Positions 17,403 to 27,000 of a DNA stretch of 56,552 nucleotides are shown here, one piece after another. Each line of letters opens with the position of its first letter. Within the stretch, counting starts at the first letter, position 1. Under the pieces are notes generated by a model that saw nothing but the letters and a program-made list of their open reading frames with translations, was not told the DNA's origin and ran no database searches. Origin of the DNA: a virus (Duplodnaviria > Caudoviricetes); IMG/VR virus record IMGVR_UViG_3300005512_000042, positions 1 to 56,552 of that record, one strand, 5' to 3'. A program made the translations under genes and the position numbers.

Positions 17403-18968
17403 TCAGAACGATCCTCCGTCAATAGTTGTATTGGAAAGAATAATTTCACCACTAGAACAACTCAGAACTTCTTGAGTTCCGCTACAACCGCTGATGTATA
17501 ATCCAGCCATTTCCATAACACCACCAGCATTATTAGTCAGAACACCTGTGGACTCAGATACATCTTGAGAAGCAACAATTCTTGAACTACTGTCATCCCA
17601 GTATAGTGCTGCCTTTTTAGCAGAAGACGTATAGTAGTTGAAGATAACACCAATGTCCTTGTTCAGGTCAGAAGATGGTGCGGAACCATCAACCATACCC
17701 AGTTCCAGGAGTTGGTCTTCAATAGTTGTCTGTGAGGTATTGACCTGTGTGGTGGAACCATTAACAATCAGGTTTCCCTGAACTGTAAGGTTATGAGCAC
17801 ATGCGACAGCACCAGTACTATCTGTAACTGTAATAGCAGTAGTTCCGTCGTTTGCCTGTAAGTTTGTTGCCTTTACAGTTGGAGTGGTTACTGAGGTTGT
17901 AACGGTAACTGCTGAAGGAAGACCAATAGTAATAGTCTGACCAGAAGCAGAAGTTTCAACCTCATTTGATGTGCCAGCAATAGTTAGTGATTGTGAATCA
18001 AGGTCAACAGCACCCGTTCCAGAATCACCAGCAAAATCTAAATCTTCTCCAGTAACTGTACTGTCTACATAGTCCTTAACAGCAGCAGAAGTAGGAATAG
18101 TTGTATCATTATCGTTAGAACCAATTCCCTCTGATTCAATAACTAGTGCTGCAGCAGCAAAGTCGGCAACCTCAATATTTGAGATTGAATTGCCAGTTCC
18201 ATTAGCATCAAAAGTCTTATTAGTTAATGTATCACTTGATGATGCTGTAATAAATGCGGAAGACGAGTTGTCGTAGTTTGCAAGATCGTTATCAACAACC
18301 AGGTCAATAGTACCGTCACTGTCCTGATAAGTTGCAGTAATCAGTGTCTCAGTATTACTTCCAAACATTGCGCCAGCAATGTCTTGGATTCTCTCTGCCT
18401 GAAGTGCAACTAAACCACCAGCAGCAACTGTGAAGTCTGCTGTTGTAAATGATGCAACACCAGCATTAGTTGTGCTGGCAATTTCCGCAGCAATAGTGAT
18501 TTGGTCATTACTAACTGTGGTATCAATACCTTCACCACCAGAAAATGTTAAGGTTCCGCCAGTGCTGAATGTATCGGTAGTACCACTGTCTGCTGCCAGA
18601 TCGAACTCTGACGCTGCTGGTGCTGAGAATGACAGGTTACCAGAACCGTCACTAACAAGAACATCGTTAGCATTACCGTCATCCGCAGGCATAGTCAGCG
18701 TATAACTTGCTGCCAGGGAGTTGGGTGACTTGAGTGTTACAGAATTTGTGCCGTTGTTGGTTCCTTCTACAAGTTTTACACCACTACCAACAGTAGTAGT
18801 ATTAACTTGCCAATATCTACCAGAACCTACAAATTGGTTATTATTTGTTGTTGAGTCAATACCTACATATAGGTCGGTTGCGTCTGTGACGAAACCGGGT
18901 TCACCTGCCCTTAATCCAGGGAGATTAGCAAGAAGACCTCTCTTAAACTGAATTACAGGAGCTGCCAT
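17403..18968 (-). CDS. Fibre-like virion protein (521 aa)
   Basis: IQFKRG...LRAGEPGF N-terminus; T/S/G/D-rich; TLTNKT, IPTSAAVKDYVD, GNLIVNGSTTQVN fibre motifs; ends DGGSF. Confidence 0.8.
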   Translation of the reverse strand: MAAPVIQFKRGLLANLPGLRAGEPGFVTDATDLYVGIDSTTNNNQFVGSGRYWQVNTTTVGSGVKLVEGTNNGTNSVTLKSPNSLAASYTLTMPADDGNANDVLVSDGSGNLSFSAPAASEFDLAADSGTTDTFSTGGTLTFSGGEGIDTTVSNDQITIAAEIASTTNAGVASFTTADFTVAAGGLVALQAERIQDIAGAMFGSNTETLITATYQDSDGTIDLVVDNDLANYDNSSSAFITASSSDTLTNKTFDANGTGNSISNIEVADFAAAALVIESEGIGSNDNDTTIPTSAAVKDYVDSTVTGEDLDFAGDSGTGAVDLDSQSLTIAGTSNEVETSASGQTITIGLPSAVTVTTSVTTPTVKATNLQANDGTTAITVTDSTGAVACAHNLTVQGNLIVNGSTTQVNTSQTTIEDQLLELGMVDGSAPSSDLNKDIGVIFNYYTSSAKKAALYWDDSSSRIVASQDVSESTGVLTNNAGGVMEMAGLYISGCSGTQEVLSCSSGEIILSNTTIDGGSF

Positions 18969-19008
18969 TTCTTAAATTACTTGTCGCTTTGCTTTATTTA
19001 TTTATGTA

Positions 19009-19257
19009 CTAAAATGATCCACCATCTATACCACCAAATTCTAAATTAGCAGCATCTATCTGCTCTTCTACTGTTTCAACAAATATATCTGGTAAATCAT
19101 TGTCTAATACTTCTGGAGAGACTAAAACACTATCCATAGGAATCAAATTAAATTCTCCTGTAGAAGAATTATACTTTACTAAACTTTTATTTTTAGAAGC
19201 ATTTAGAGAACCCAAATTTACATTGGACATGTCTCTAAATCTAGTTGCTGCTGGCAT
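19009..19257 (-). CDS. Small virion protein, paralogue of 19257..19571
   Basis: DNDLPDIF and C-terminal DGGSF. Confidence 0.75.
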   Translation of the reverse strand: MPAATRFRDMSNVNLGSLNASKNKSLVKYNSSTGEFNLIPMDSVLVSPEVLDNDLPDIFVETVEEQIDAANLEFGGIDGGSF

Positions 19258-19571
19258 TAAAAGGATCCTCCATCTAATTCATCAACTTGAATCTGTCCAA
19301 GATCAAGTTCGGATTCAAGTTGAGTAATAAAATCATCAGGAAGATCATTGTCTTCTACAGATTGGGTCAACAATGAATCAGGATCTACAAGAACAAATTT
19401 ATCTAAAGATGAATCATAAACTAAAACTTGACCATCTTGAGGAGAAGGAATTTCAACGTCATTAAGAGCTTCAAATGTAGTGACAGGACGCAAAGATTTT
19501 ATTGATTTTTTAGTTGTGGACTTCTTTAGAATAACTCTATTTGCTGTTGATGCTTGTCTGATTACTGACAT
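19257..19571 (-). CDS. Small virion protein
   Basis: LNDV...DGQVLVYDS fibre-type motif, DNDLPDDF, C-terminal DGGSF. Confidence 0.75.
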   Translation of the reverse strand: MSVIRQASTANRVILKKSTTKKSIKSLRPVTTFEALNDVEIPSPQDGQVLVYDSSLDKFVLVDPDSLLTQSVEDNDLPDDFITQLESELDLGQIQVDELDGGSF

Positions 19572-19575
19572 AGAT

Positions 19576-19911
19576 TTACGTGCTAATACCTGCTATTACC
19601 ATTGCCATTCCTTCTACTAGTCTAGATTTTGCACCAGCAGAAGAAGTAAGTCTAACATCATATAAATGTCTACCTGGACTGAGACTTCCAGTAACTCCAC
19701 TTGTCATTGCAATAGAAACTGCTCCCGTTGCACCAGTAATATTGACTGTGAAACTAGTGGAAGATGTAGATTCTGGATGTTTTTTTATTTTTGCTTCACC
19801 TGTAAATCCAGCAAGATTAGATGCAGAACCATCAGATTCTGTTGAACTAAAAGTTTCTTCAAAATCAGAACCTTGTGGGATAACTATGTTTATGACAGGA
19901 TTTGCAGCCAT
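19576..19911 (-). CDS. Ig-like/BppU-N-like adaptor virion protein
   Basis: IPQGSDF...NLAGFTGEAKIKK...GRHLYDV...RLVEG pattern; late promoter at 19926-19933. Confidence 0.7.
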   Translation of the reverse strand: MAANPVINIVIPQGSDFEETFSSTESDGSASNLAGFTGEAKIKKHPESTSSTSFTVNITGATGAVSIAMTSGVTGSLSPGRHLYDVRLTSSAGAKSRLVEGMAMVIAGIST

Positions 19912-19924
19912 TTTTCTTTTTTAA

Positions 19925-20341
19925 TTATTTAGGTTCTTCCTTCACTTTCTTCAACATTTTTTGCAGGTCAGCAGTCGAACCAACAAACAAAGCATTAGTA
20001 ACATTTGTCGGTCCTTTTGGTGTTGATTCTTCAACATCTTTCAATTTCTTCTGAAGTTCCATCAATTTATCAGTAGCGTCAGAAACACTCTTGATTAATT
20101 GTCCAGCAACTTCATATGCCCTAGGTTGTTCTGTCTCTTGAGCGAGTTCAAGAATGCCGTTGATTGCTTCTTGACCCTTTTCTATAATAGAATATAAATT
20201 ACCTCTGGTATATTCATAATCTTTTTTTATATCTTCTGCAGATAATGCAGGTTTTTCTATTTTTGCTTCTTGTTTTTCAACAGGCATAACCTCACTAGTA
20301 ACATTGAATGCATCATTCAATTCATCAAATTGTTTAGACAT
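19925..20341 (-). CDS. gp16: Terminase small subunit gp16
   Basis: DYEYTRGNL, PRAYEVAGQLIK, NALFVGSTADLQK motifs. Confidence 0.95.
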   Translation of the reverse strand: MSKQFDELNDAFNVTSEVMPVEKQEAKIEKPALSAEDIKKDYEYTRGNLYSIIEKGQEAINGILELAQETEQPRAYEVAGQLIKSVSDATDKLMELQKKLKDVEESTPKGPTNVTNALFVGSTADLQKMLKKVKEEPK

Positions 20342-20347
20342 ATCAAT

Positions 20348-21349
20348 TTAGAAAAAGTTAGTAGTTGTGCCGTCAAATCCGAAGTCATCACCCATTTCAA
20401 TGAGTGCCGTATCAGCAGCGGTAATTGCCTTGATAGGTTGACCCTTAACGTGCTCCTTGATAGTTGTATTATCTCTTCCTCTTTCTACTGTAATCTTATT
20501 ACCATCAATTGCCTTGACATATATTTCTTCACCATTAATTTCATAATATGCATCTGCTGACAATGCTGTTCCATCATCAACCAACCATACATACTCTTCT
20601 AAATCTACATCTTCTGCGAGTAGAGTAGAAACTGAATCGTCGTAGTCCTTGATTGCTCTTGGAACAACAGTATATTGCGTTTCTCTCTTGGACTTTGCCT
20701 TGTCTCCAGAAAGATATGTAAGAGTAGCAGTCTTGATGGGTTCTGCCTTGGACACAGGACCAAACAAGTAAGTCTTTGCAGAGAATCTTAGTGTATAGAG
20801 AAGAACTCTTCTGCTGGTAAAGTCGCCATCGTAATCATCTTGCATTGTGATGTTCTCTAGCACAACAGGAACATCTCTCTTTTCATTAATCTCATCAACC
20901 AGTTCTACAGTTAATGTAAATGCTGGTTGAAAATATGGTAAAATTTGCTCTACAATTTGTAGTGCATCATCATTCAACTTAGACATAATGCTAAGTTCAA
21001 AAGTCATATTATAAGGAACTGGTGTATATACTTTCTTTACTGTTCTGTTTGTGTTTGGATCTTTTACCTGAATGGTTCTAGTAGAAGTCAACTTACGACT
21101 TGAGTCATAAGTCAAACTAGTAAATTCAAACGACATCCTTGGCAAAGATAAGGATGTGCTCTTATTTAGATCTGGTTCTTGCTCAAGTCTTGCTAAAAAC
21201 TTCTGAGTAGGACCATATGCTAAAGGAACCTTCAAATTGCTGACAGTATTATCAGAACCATCTTTCTTTTGGATGGAGATATTATTGAAGAGAGTACCAA
21301 AAGATATGATAGTCCTTCTCAATATTTCGTGGTAAAAGTATTCAAACAT
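20348..21349 (-). CDS. gp15: Tail sheath stabiliser / tail terminator gp15
   Basis: YFYHEILR, VPLAYGP.QKFL, LPRMSFE, QIVEQILPYFQP. Confidence 0.96.
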   Translation of the reverse strand: MFEYFYHEILRRTIISFGTLFNNISIQKKDGSDNTVSNLKVPLAYGPTQKFLARLEQEPDLNKSTSLSLPRMSFEFTSLTYDSSRKLTSTRTIQVKDPNTNRTVKKVYTPVPYNMTFELSIMSKLNDDALQIVEQILPYFQPAFTLTVELVDEINEKRDVPVVLENITMQDDYDGDFTSRRVLLYTLRFSAKTYLFGPVSKAEPIKTATLTYLSGDKAKSKRETQYTVVPRAIKDYDDSVSTLLAEDVDLEEYVWLVDDGTALSADAYYEINGEEIYVKAIDGNKITVERGRDNTTIKEHVKGQPIKAITAADTALIEMGDDFGFDGTTTNFF

Positions 21350-21370
21350 AGTTTATCCTCATCGATTTAT

Positions 21371-22756
21371 TTATGGAATTCCGAAAGGATTACTTTCACT
21401 GAAGTCAAGAATACCATCGGCTTCTAATTCAATATCAGCATTATCTGCATATCCATCATCGGCAGGATCATCGTCAACGGTCAAAATTGTATGTATAGCA
21501 CCTGATGTTCCACCAGTAATTTGTTCACCAACTCTAAACGTACCAGAAACATTACCAAGTTCAAGAATATTAGTGGTTGTGTTCCAAACTCTAACTCTTG
21601 CCGTTGATCCGCTTATTTCGCCAGTAACAACTTCATTGTACTCAAATGTACCTGAGGAAGTTGAAGGTGGTTCGGAGAATGTAATAGTAGGTGCAATAGT
21701 ATATCCCAAACCAGCATTAGTGAATTGAACTGCCGTGACACTACCACCAGCGCCAATGATTGCTGTAGCGGCAGCAGAGACGCTAGCAGCACCAGTAAAG
21801 GTAACCGTTGGTGCAGATGTATATCCGACACCACCAGACGTAATAGTAACAATTCCAATTCCACCATTGCCAATTGTGGTATGTGCAGTAGCACCAGTTC
21901 CAACAGCAGAGATAAATTCAACTTCTGGTGCGACGGTATAACCTGCACCAGCATTTATGATACGAATATCTGTAACAGCAAATCTATCCATTACAACAGT
22001 AGCGATACCTGTAATACCCCCTGATGGAGCAGAAGAAATTGCTACAATTGGTGCAGTAGAATAATATGCCCCTTGACTGCCAATAATAATACTAGTAATG
22101 CCAGAATTTACCAAACCAGTAACAGCAGAAGCGGTAGTAGCAGTTCCTACTAAAGTCATAGTCAAAGAACCACCTAGTATTGTAGATGTTCCTACTTCAG
22201 AAATTCCATCAGAATCACTGCCAACTAAAGTGTCATCAATAACATCAACACCAGTATCAATAACTTCATCCTCATATCTGAAGAGTTCACACCTCAATTC
22301 ATAAACATAGTTTTTCTGCAACTGATAAAATGGTTTTTCGTGTTCAACAAACTTTATTTCAAACATCCTATCGCCAAGAGGCATATAAATGATATCACCT
22401 TCTTTTGGTCTAGATGTTAGATTTAGATTTGCTTTTCCTTCAGTTAATGGTGCAATATAATTTTCATATCTTTCTTTAGAGATGATGAAGGTCATCTCTT
22501 GCTTTGACTCTATACCAAACTTCGATAATAGAGTTGTATTATCGTCATAACCCTCATAGTTCTGAACGTATGCCTCAATAGGATATGCATCCTCAAATGA
22601 AGATTGAATGACTTCTTCAATAACTGTATTTGTAGTCAGGAAAGAACGGGGGAGATAATATACCTCTACTCCATACATTCTCAACTGTTCATTTATCAAG
22701 TCTTGAACAAGACTCTGCTCACCTCTTGTACCCTGAATAAAAAATGGATTTAGCAT
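21371..22756 (-). CDS. gp14: Neck protein gp14 with repeat insertion
   Basis: LNPFF, EQLRMYG, RPKEGD, FVEHEKPFYQL, DFSESNPFG. Confidence 0.95.
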   Translation of the reverse strand: MLNPFFIQGTRGEQSLVQDLINEQLRMYGVEVYYLPRSFLTTNTVIEEVIQSSFEDAYPIEAYVQNYEGYDDNTTLLSKFGIESKQEMTFIISKERYENYIAPLTEGKANLNLTSRPKEGDIIYMPLGDRMFEIKFVEHEKPFYQLQKNYVYELRCELFRYEDEVIDTGVDVIDDTLVGSDSDGISEVGTSTILGGSLTMTLVGTATTASAVTGLVNSGITSIIIGSQGAYYSTAPIVAISSAPSGGITGIATVVMDRFAVTDIRIINAGAGYTVAPEVEFISAVGTGATAHTTIGNGGIGIVTITSGGVGYTSAPTVTFTGAASVSAAATAIIGAGGSVTAVQFTNAGLGYTIAPTITFSEPPSTSSGTFEYNEVVTGEISGSTARVRVWNTTTNILELGNVSGTFRVGEQITGGTSGAIHTILTVDDDPADDGYADNADIELEADGILDFSESNPFGIP

Positions 22757-22757
22757 A

Positions 22758-23609
22758 TCAACCCACCATATCTAAAGGAGGAAGTTCATATGTGGTCATC
22801 ATTATTTCTTTGATATCATCAAGTTCTTTTTGGGCATCATCATAGATTTGTCTACCGTTCAATTCTACGCCACCAGGTAATTTGACTCCCTGGAACTTGA
22901 TTAGATTCATACCCCATTGTCTCTTGATAAGAGCAGTTACATACTTCTTGAGGAATGAATCATTCCATACTCTTGGATAATCACTTGGATCAATCAGACG
23001 ATAGCAATCAATAATGAGGAAATCATTTGGTTTTAGATTTCTCCAATCAATATCAATATACAATCTATCTTGTCTCTTATTGAATCTAATCTGCTTCTCT
23101 GTTGTTAGTAGAAAATCTAACTCAGATTGATACGTCCTACCCAGATAATAACTTAATTGGTCAGCACCACAAAAGTTCCCCATACCATCTAAAAACTGGT
23201 TTGGGAACATAGTTCCTGGATAATTAATAGAACCATTACTATACCCACCGAAGTGGAATATCTTAAATACTCCAAGCACTGATGGGGGAATTTGAATGAA
23301 ATTACTGTTTTCGTAAATGTCGAAGTTTATTGCATTACCTAAAACAGTAGCAGATGTTGTTTCAGTTGTAATACCAGCAATAGATGAATTGCCACCAGGT
23401 GCTCTACCTCTATCAATATCTCCCTGTGTTACTTGATACTTTAGAAATGTCTGAATAACACCATCAAAATGTCTTTCGTGAAAATACTGCAACGCATCAT
23501 CAATCAAGTCATCAATTTGCTCCTCAGCAACGTTGATTTCAAGTACAGGAGCTCCAAGCTGCCTTTTACAATAATCTGATAATGTCTGTCTGCTTGTAGG
23601 TTGTGCCAT
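22758..23609 (-). CDS. gp13: Neck protein gp13
   Basis: LGAPVLEINV, KRQWGMNLIKF.GVKLPGG motifs; late promoter at 23635-23642. Confidence 0.96.
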   Translation of the reverse strand: MAQPTSRQTLSDYCKRQLGAPVLEINVAEEQIDDLIDDALQYFHERHFDGVIQTFLKYQVTQGDIDRGRAPGGNSSIAGITTETTSATVLGNAINFDIYENSNFIQIPPSVLGVFKIFHFGGYSNGSINYPGTMFPNQFLDGMGNFCGADQLSYYLGRTYQSELDFLLTTEKQIRFNKRQDRLYIDIDWRNLKPNDFLIIDCYRLIDPSDYPRVWNDSFLKKYVTALIKRQWGMNLIKFQGVKLPGGVELNGRQIYDDAQKELDDIKEIMMTTYELPPLDMVG

Positions 23610-23633
23610 TTAGTTGCATATTTACCTATATTC

Positions 23634-23813
23634 TTATTTAGTCGGCAATCCTATGAAGGACATAGTCTCCTGCTGCTTATAGTATAGTTTACAAAATGAC
23701 TTTGCAATATTCTGCAATTCTTTTATATTTTCGCAAGACTCAATTTCATTTGCTATTTTTGTATATTCAAAACTTTTTGTGAGATTTGAGAGTACAATTG
23801 TATCAGGATCCAT
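23634..23813 (-). CDS. nblA: NblA-like phycobilisome degradation protein (59 aa; below ORF-track cutoff)
   Basis: MDPDTIVLSNLTKSFEYTKIANEIESCENIKELQNIAKSFCKLYYKQQETMSFIGLPTK; size and two-helix pattern resemble NblA (by eye only). Confidence 0.55.
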   Translation of the reverse strand: MDPDTIVLSNLTKSFEYTKIANEIESCENIKELQNIAKSFCKLYYKQQETMSFIGLPTK

Positions 23814-24027
23814 TGATTAACTCCTTGAGTAAATTTTTGATTTCAGAGATATCAGACTTCATAGTAGCAACTTCTTGCTCTAAAGACTGTGCCTTTTGAT
23901 TCTTTTTTGCTTTCGCATTACGCTGGGCAATATAAGAATTGTAACCGTTTTCATCGATATTTACAATAGAATTATTAGAAGGATCTCTCAGTAAATCTGA
24001 ATGATCCTTCACTCCGTGATAATCCAT
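23803..24027 (-). CDS. Conserved hypothetical protein (74 aa)
   Basis: VKDHSDLLRD...IVN, C-terminal MKSDISEIKNLL coiled coil; typically follows the DUF4815 gene. Confidence 0.8.
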   Translation of the reverse strand: MDYHGVKDHSDLLRDPSNNSIVNIDENGYNSYIAQRNAKAKKNQKAQSLEQEVATMKSDISEIKNLLKELINGS

Positions 24028-24028
24028 A

Positions 24029-27000
24029 TTATGCTAATGCAATAACTCTAAGGTCTTTGATTCTTGGAACATAGACCTGACTAGTAGAAGTTGCTACCAA
24101 CTTGATTCTGTAGAACTTGAATGATGGGAGGTTGTCCATAGTAAATGTGTACTCTCTATATTCAAGATCTCTGCTTTCAAACCCAAGAGTATTTGACTTT
24201 TGAATCAATGCATCTGGGAGACCATTGCTATCTTTAGTATCAATTACCTCACCCCTATCATTTAGATTTTCATAACCAGGGAATGGGATGAATATTGGGG
24301 AACCATTCGGTTCTTCACCTACTGCATAGAATGCTCTGATATCATTATAACTGTTAATGTGTGCGTTCAAAACAATCTTCAGAGAAGTTGCTGGATTTTC
24401 AAGTGAAATCTCTCTTGAGACATACTGGAATGCACTTGGGTCAGTATCAATACCATTGACTCTAGCATCAGTTGCATAGTCTGTAATTGGTTGGTCAACT
24501 CTGTTTGTAGTCAGAATTGTATTGATTCTTTGGGCATCAATGATAGGACTCAGCCTAGAATCAATGGTGTTGAGAGACATTCTCATAGACAGTGATTTAT
24601 TGCCTGGAGAAGTACTCAACTTATCATCTTCATTTACCTTAGAGAACACTGCTCTTGGGGTAGTCATAAAGTTGGGTTTGTTCAGTTGAATGCTCTCATA
24701 TCCGTTATTGACGTATGGAACTTCATTACCATCAAGACTTTGTGTGGTTGTTGTTCTTAATTCGGCATTGATAGTTGTACCTTGTGGATTGAACAACTGA
24801 ACCATCGGTGTTATAACCTCAAAAGGTATATTCTGAGTTGCTCTAATGTTATAACCACCAGTCTCCTTCACGTCCTTCACATACAATGCAGGATATGTAA
24901 CGTTGTTGCTTCTATCAACATTATTAACACCTACACCCTGACTGAAGGTTTCCGCCATATTCAACTTGATATGATATGAATCAAATCCGATTGGGTCTGG
25001 TTTAGTAACATCTTCAAGATCATGAACCTTATTGATCCTTGCAAGGTTGACACCATTCAATTCATACTTATAAACAAGAGTTCCGATTGGATATGTTGCC
25101 TTGTCTACACCTCTAGTAATTGTGCCGCCAATGATATTAGAACCACTGACTTCAGTATACTCAATGATTTCATTACCAATCTTCAGATAACCTGCATTGG
25201 TTGTGCTAACTGGAGCATTTTCAAATGTACCGAATGCTGAATTATCATCAACAGAGATAGCAGCAGTCGAACCAATCTCATATGCAACAGACAGTTTTGT
25301 TGGCGGTACATCTGATTCTGCGTTGAAAATTTGAACCAGATTGTCTGCATAGTTCATACCATGGTTTTGATGAGTAACCTTGATATGCTCACCATCAGAA
25401 AGAACCTTGATTGAATTAATCTTACCAGTTCCCTTTCTCTGAGGGTCATCAACATGATAATTGAATTCTGTGCTGATACCAGAACTGTTGATATATGTAA
25501 TAGTATTAGCAGTACTAACAACGAAATCACCTTGTACGTGATTGAAGAAGAGAACAGAAGTAGCACCTACACCAGCAACAGTAAACTCAACACCACTACC
25601 AGCAGTTCCACTACCAATAGTTGTAATACCAAGAACGTCACCAATCTGATATCCAATACCACCACCAATATCTGTGGTAATAGTTGCAGCGATTGCTACA
25701 CCAGCATCAATAGTAACATCTGCTCTAGCACCGGAACCCTTACCAGTGATCGTAGTAAGTTCTACACTATTGAATGAGTGCCTACCCGAAACTGGGGTGT
25801 AACCTACACCAGCACTAGTGATAGTTAAATCTCCTGTAGCAGACGCACCAACACCAGTCAGAACACCTGTTGCAAGTGTATTCATTTGTTGGAAAGTGTT
25901 GCCAACTTCAAAACCACCATCTGTAAATGCAGAAGTACCAATACCAACACCGATTCTCAGTGATCTATCTTCCATCATAATTGAGTCGGGCATCAGAGTT
26001 GCAATCTGATGATTACCAACAGCAAGTTGAGGACTGTATACTTCAACAGTACCACCTTCTTCAAACTCTGCTCTATACAGATTGAATTTCAAGTCTTCCC
26101 ACTGACTTGCTTCCCAAGTACCAACGTTCTGAGACTTAAACAGATTGCCCAGATATGGTTGATTGGAAATCAGTGTACCATCTTGAATATCGTTCTGACC
26201 AACTCTAGCAACAAAGAGAGAATACTCTTTGGAGTTAGTGGACACACAGATTGCATACTCTCTTCTACCTTCCAGGTATACTGGTGCCTTCATCTGGAAG
26301 ACAGTTGCGATAGAACCATCAAGTGATGTATCAACATCTTCAGGATCAACAATGATTTCAGAGAAAGGAAGAACTTTAGAAGATGGAAGACCATTTTCCA
26401 TAGTTCTGATAGAAACCATTACGGGAACATCATTAGTATCTTTTGCTCTGAAGTAGAGTTCTATTCTTGAAAGGAAAATACCCGTTTCATCATCAACCAA
26501 GAATGATTGAGCAAGAGGATTATACCATCCAATAATATTATCTTGAGATGATCTGCCAACTACATGTGTACCAACAATTTGCGTTCCTGGAGATGTGTTT
26601 ACAGTCTCTTCACCAAATTCTTTCTTGTCATTGATGCGTGTGAGTCTGATGGATTCAGAACTATTGACCAAACCGGAAGCGGAGAAGTTCTCTTCAGCAA
26701 TAGAAGTTACTGATTCAGCATCATTGCTTTCACTACTTGTAAGAATAAAAGATCTTTGACCACATTCAAACCTTGGGTGATATGATGTTGTTGTTTGAGG
26801 AATATAGAATACACCGAGACAATCTGATTGGTCATCCGAAATATGTCTCAGGTTAGTTACTGTAGCAGTGGCACCTGAGGTCTCACCAACCAGAACGGTT
26901 CCAATTTCAACAAAACCATAGTATTCACCTTGATACTCATTACAGAGTGAATATGTATCAATATTAATAAATGATGAGGTTGAACTATAATCACCAGGCA

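Noticed and set aside
13078-19911. Diversity-generating retroelement acting on fibre genes
   Set aside because: No reverse transcriptase and no template/variable repeat pair were visible.
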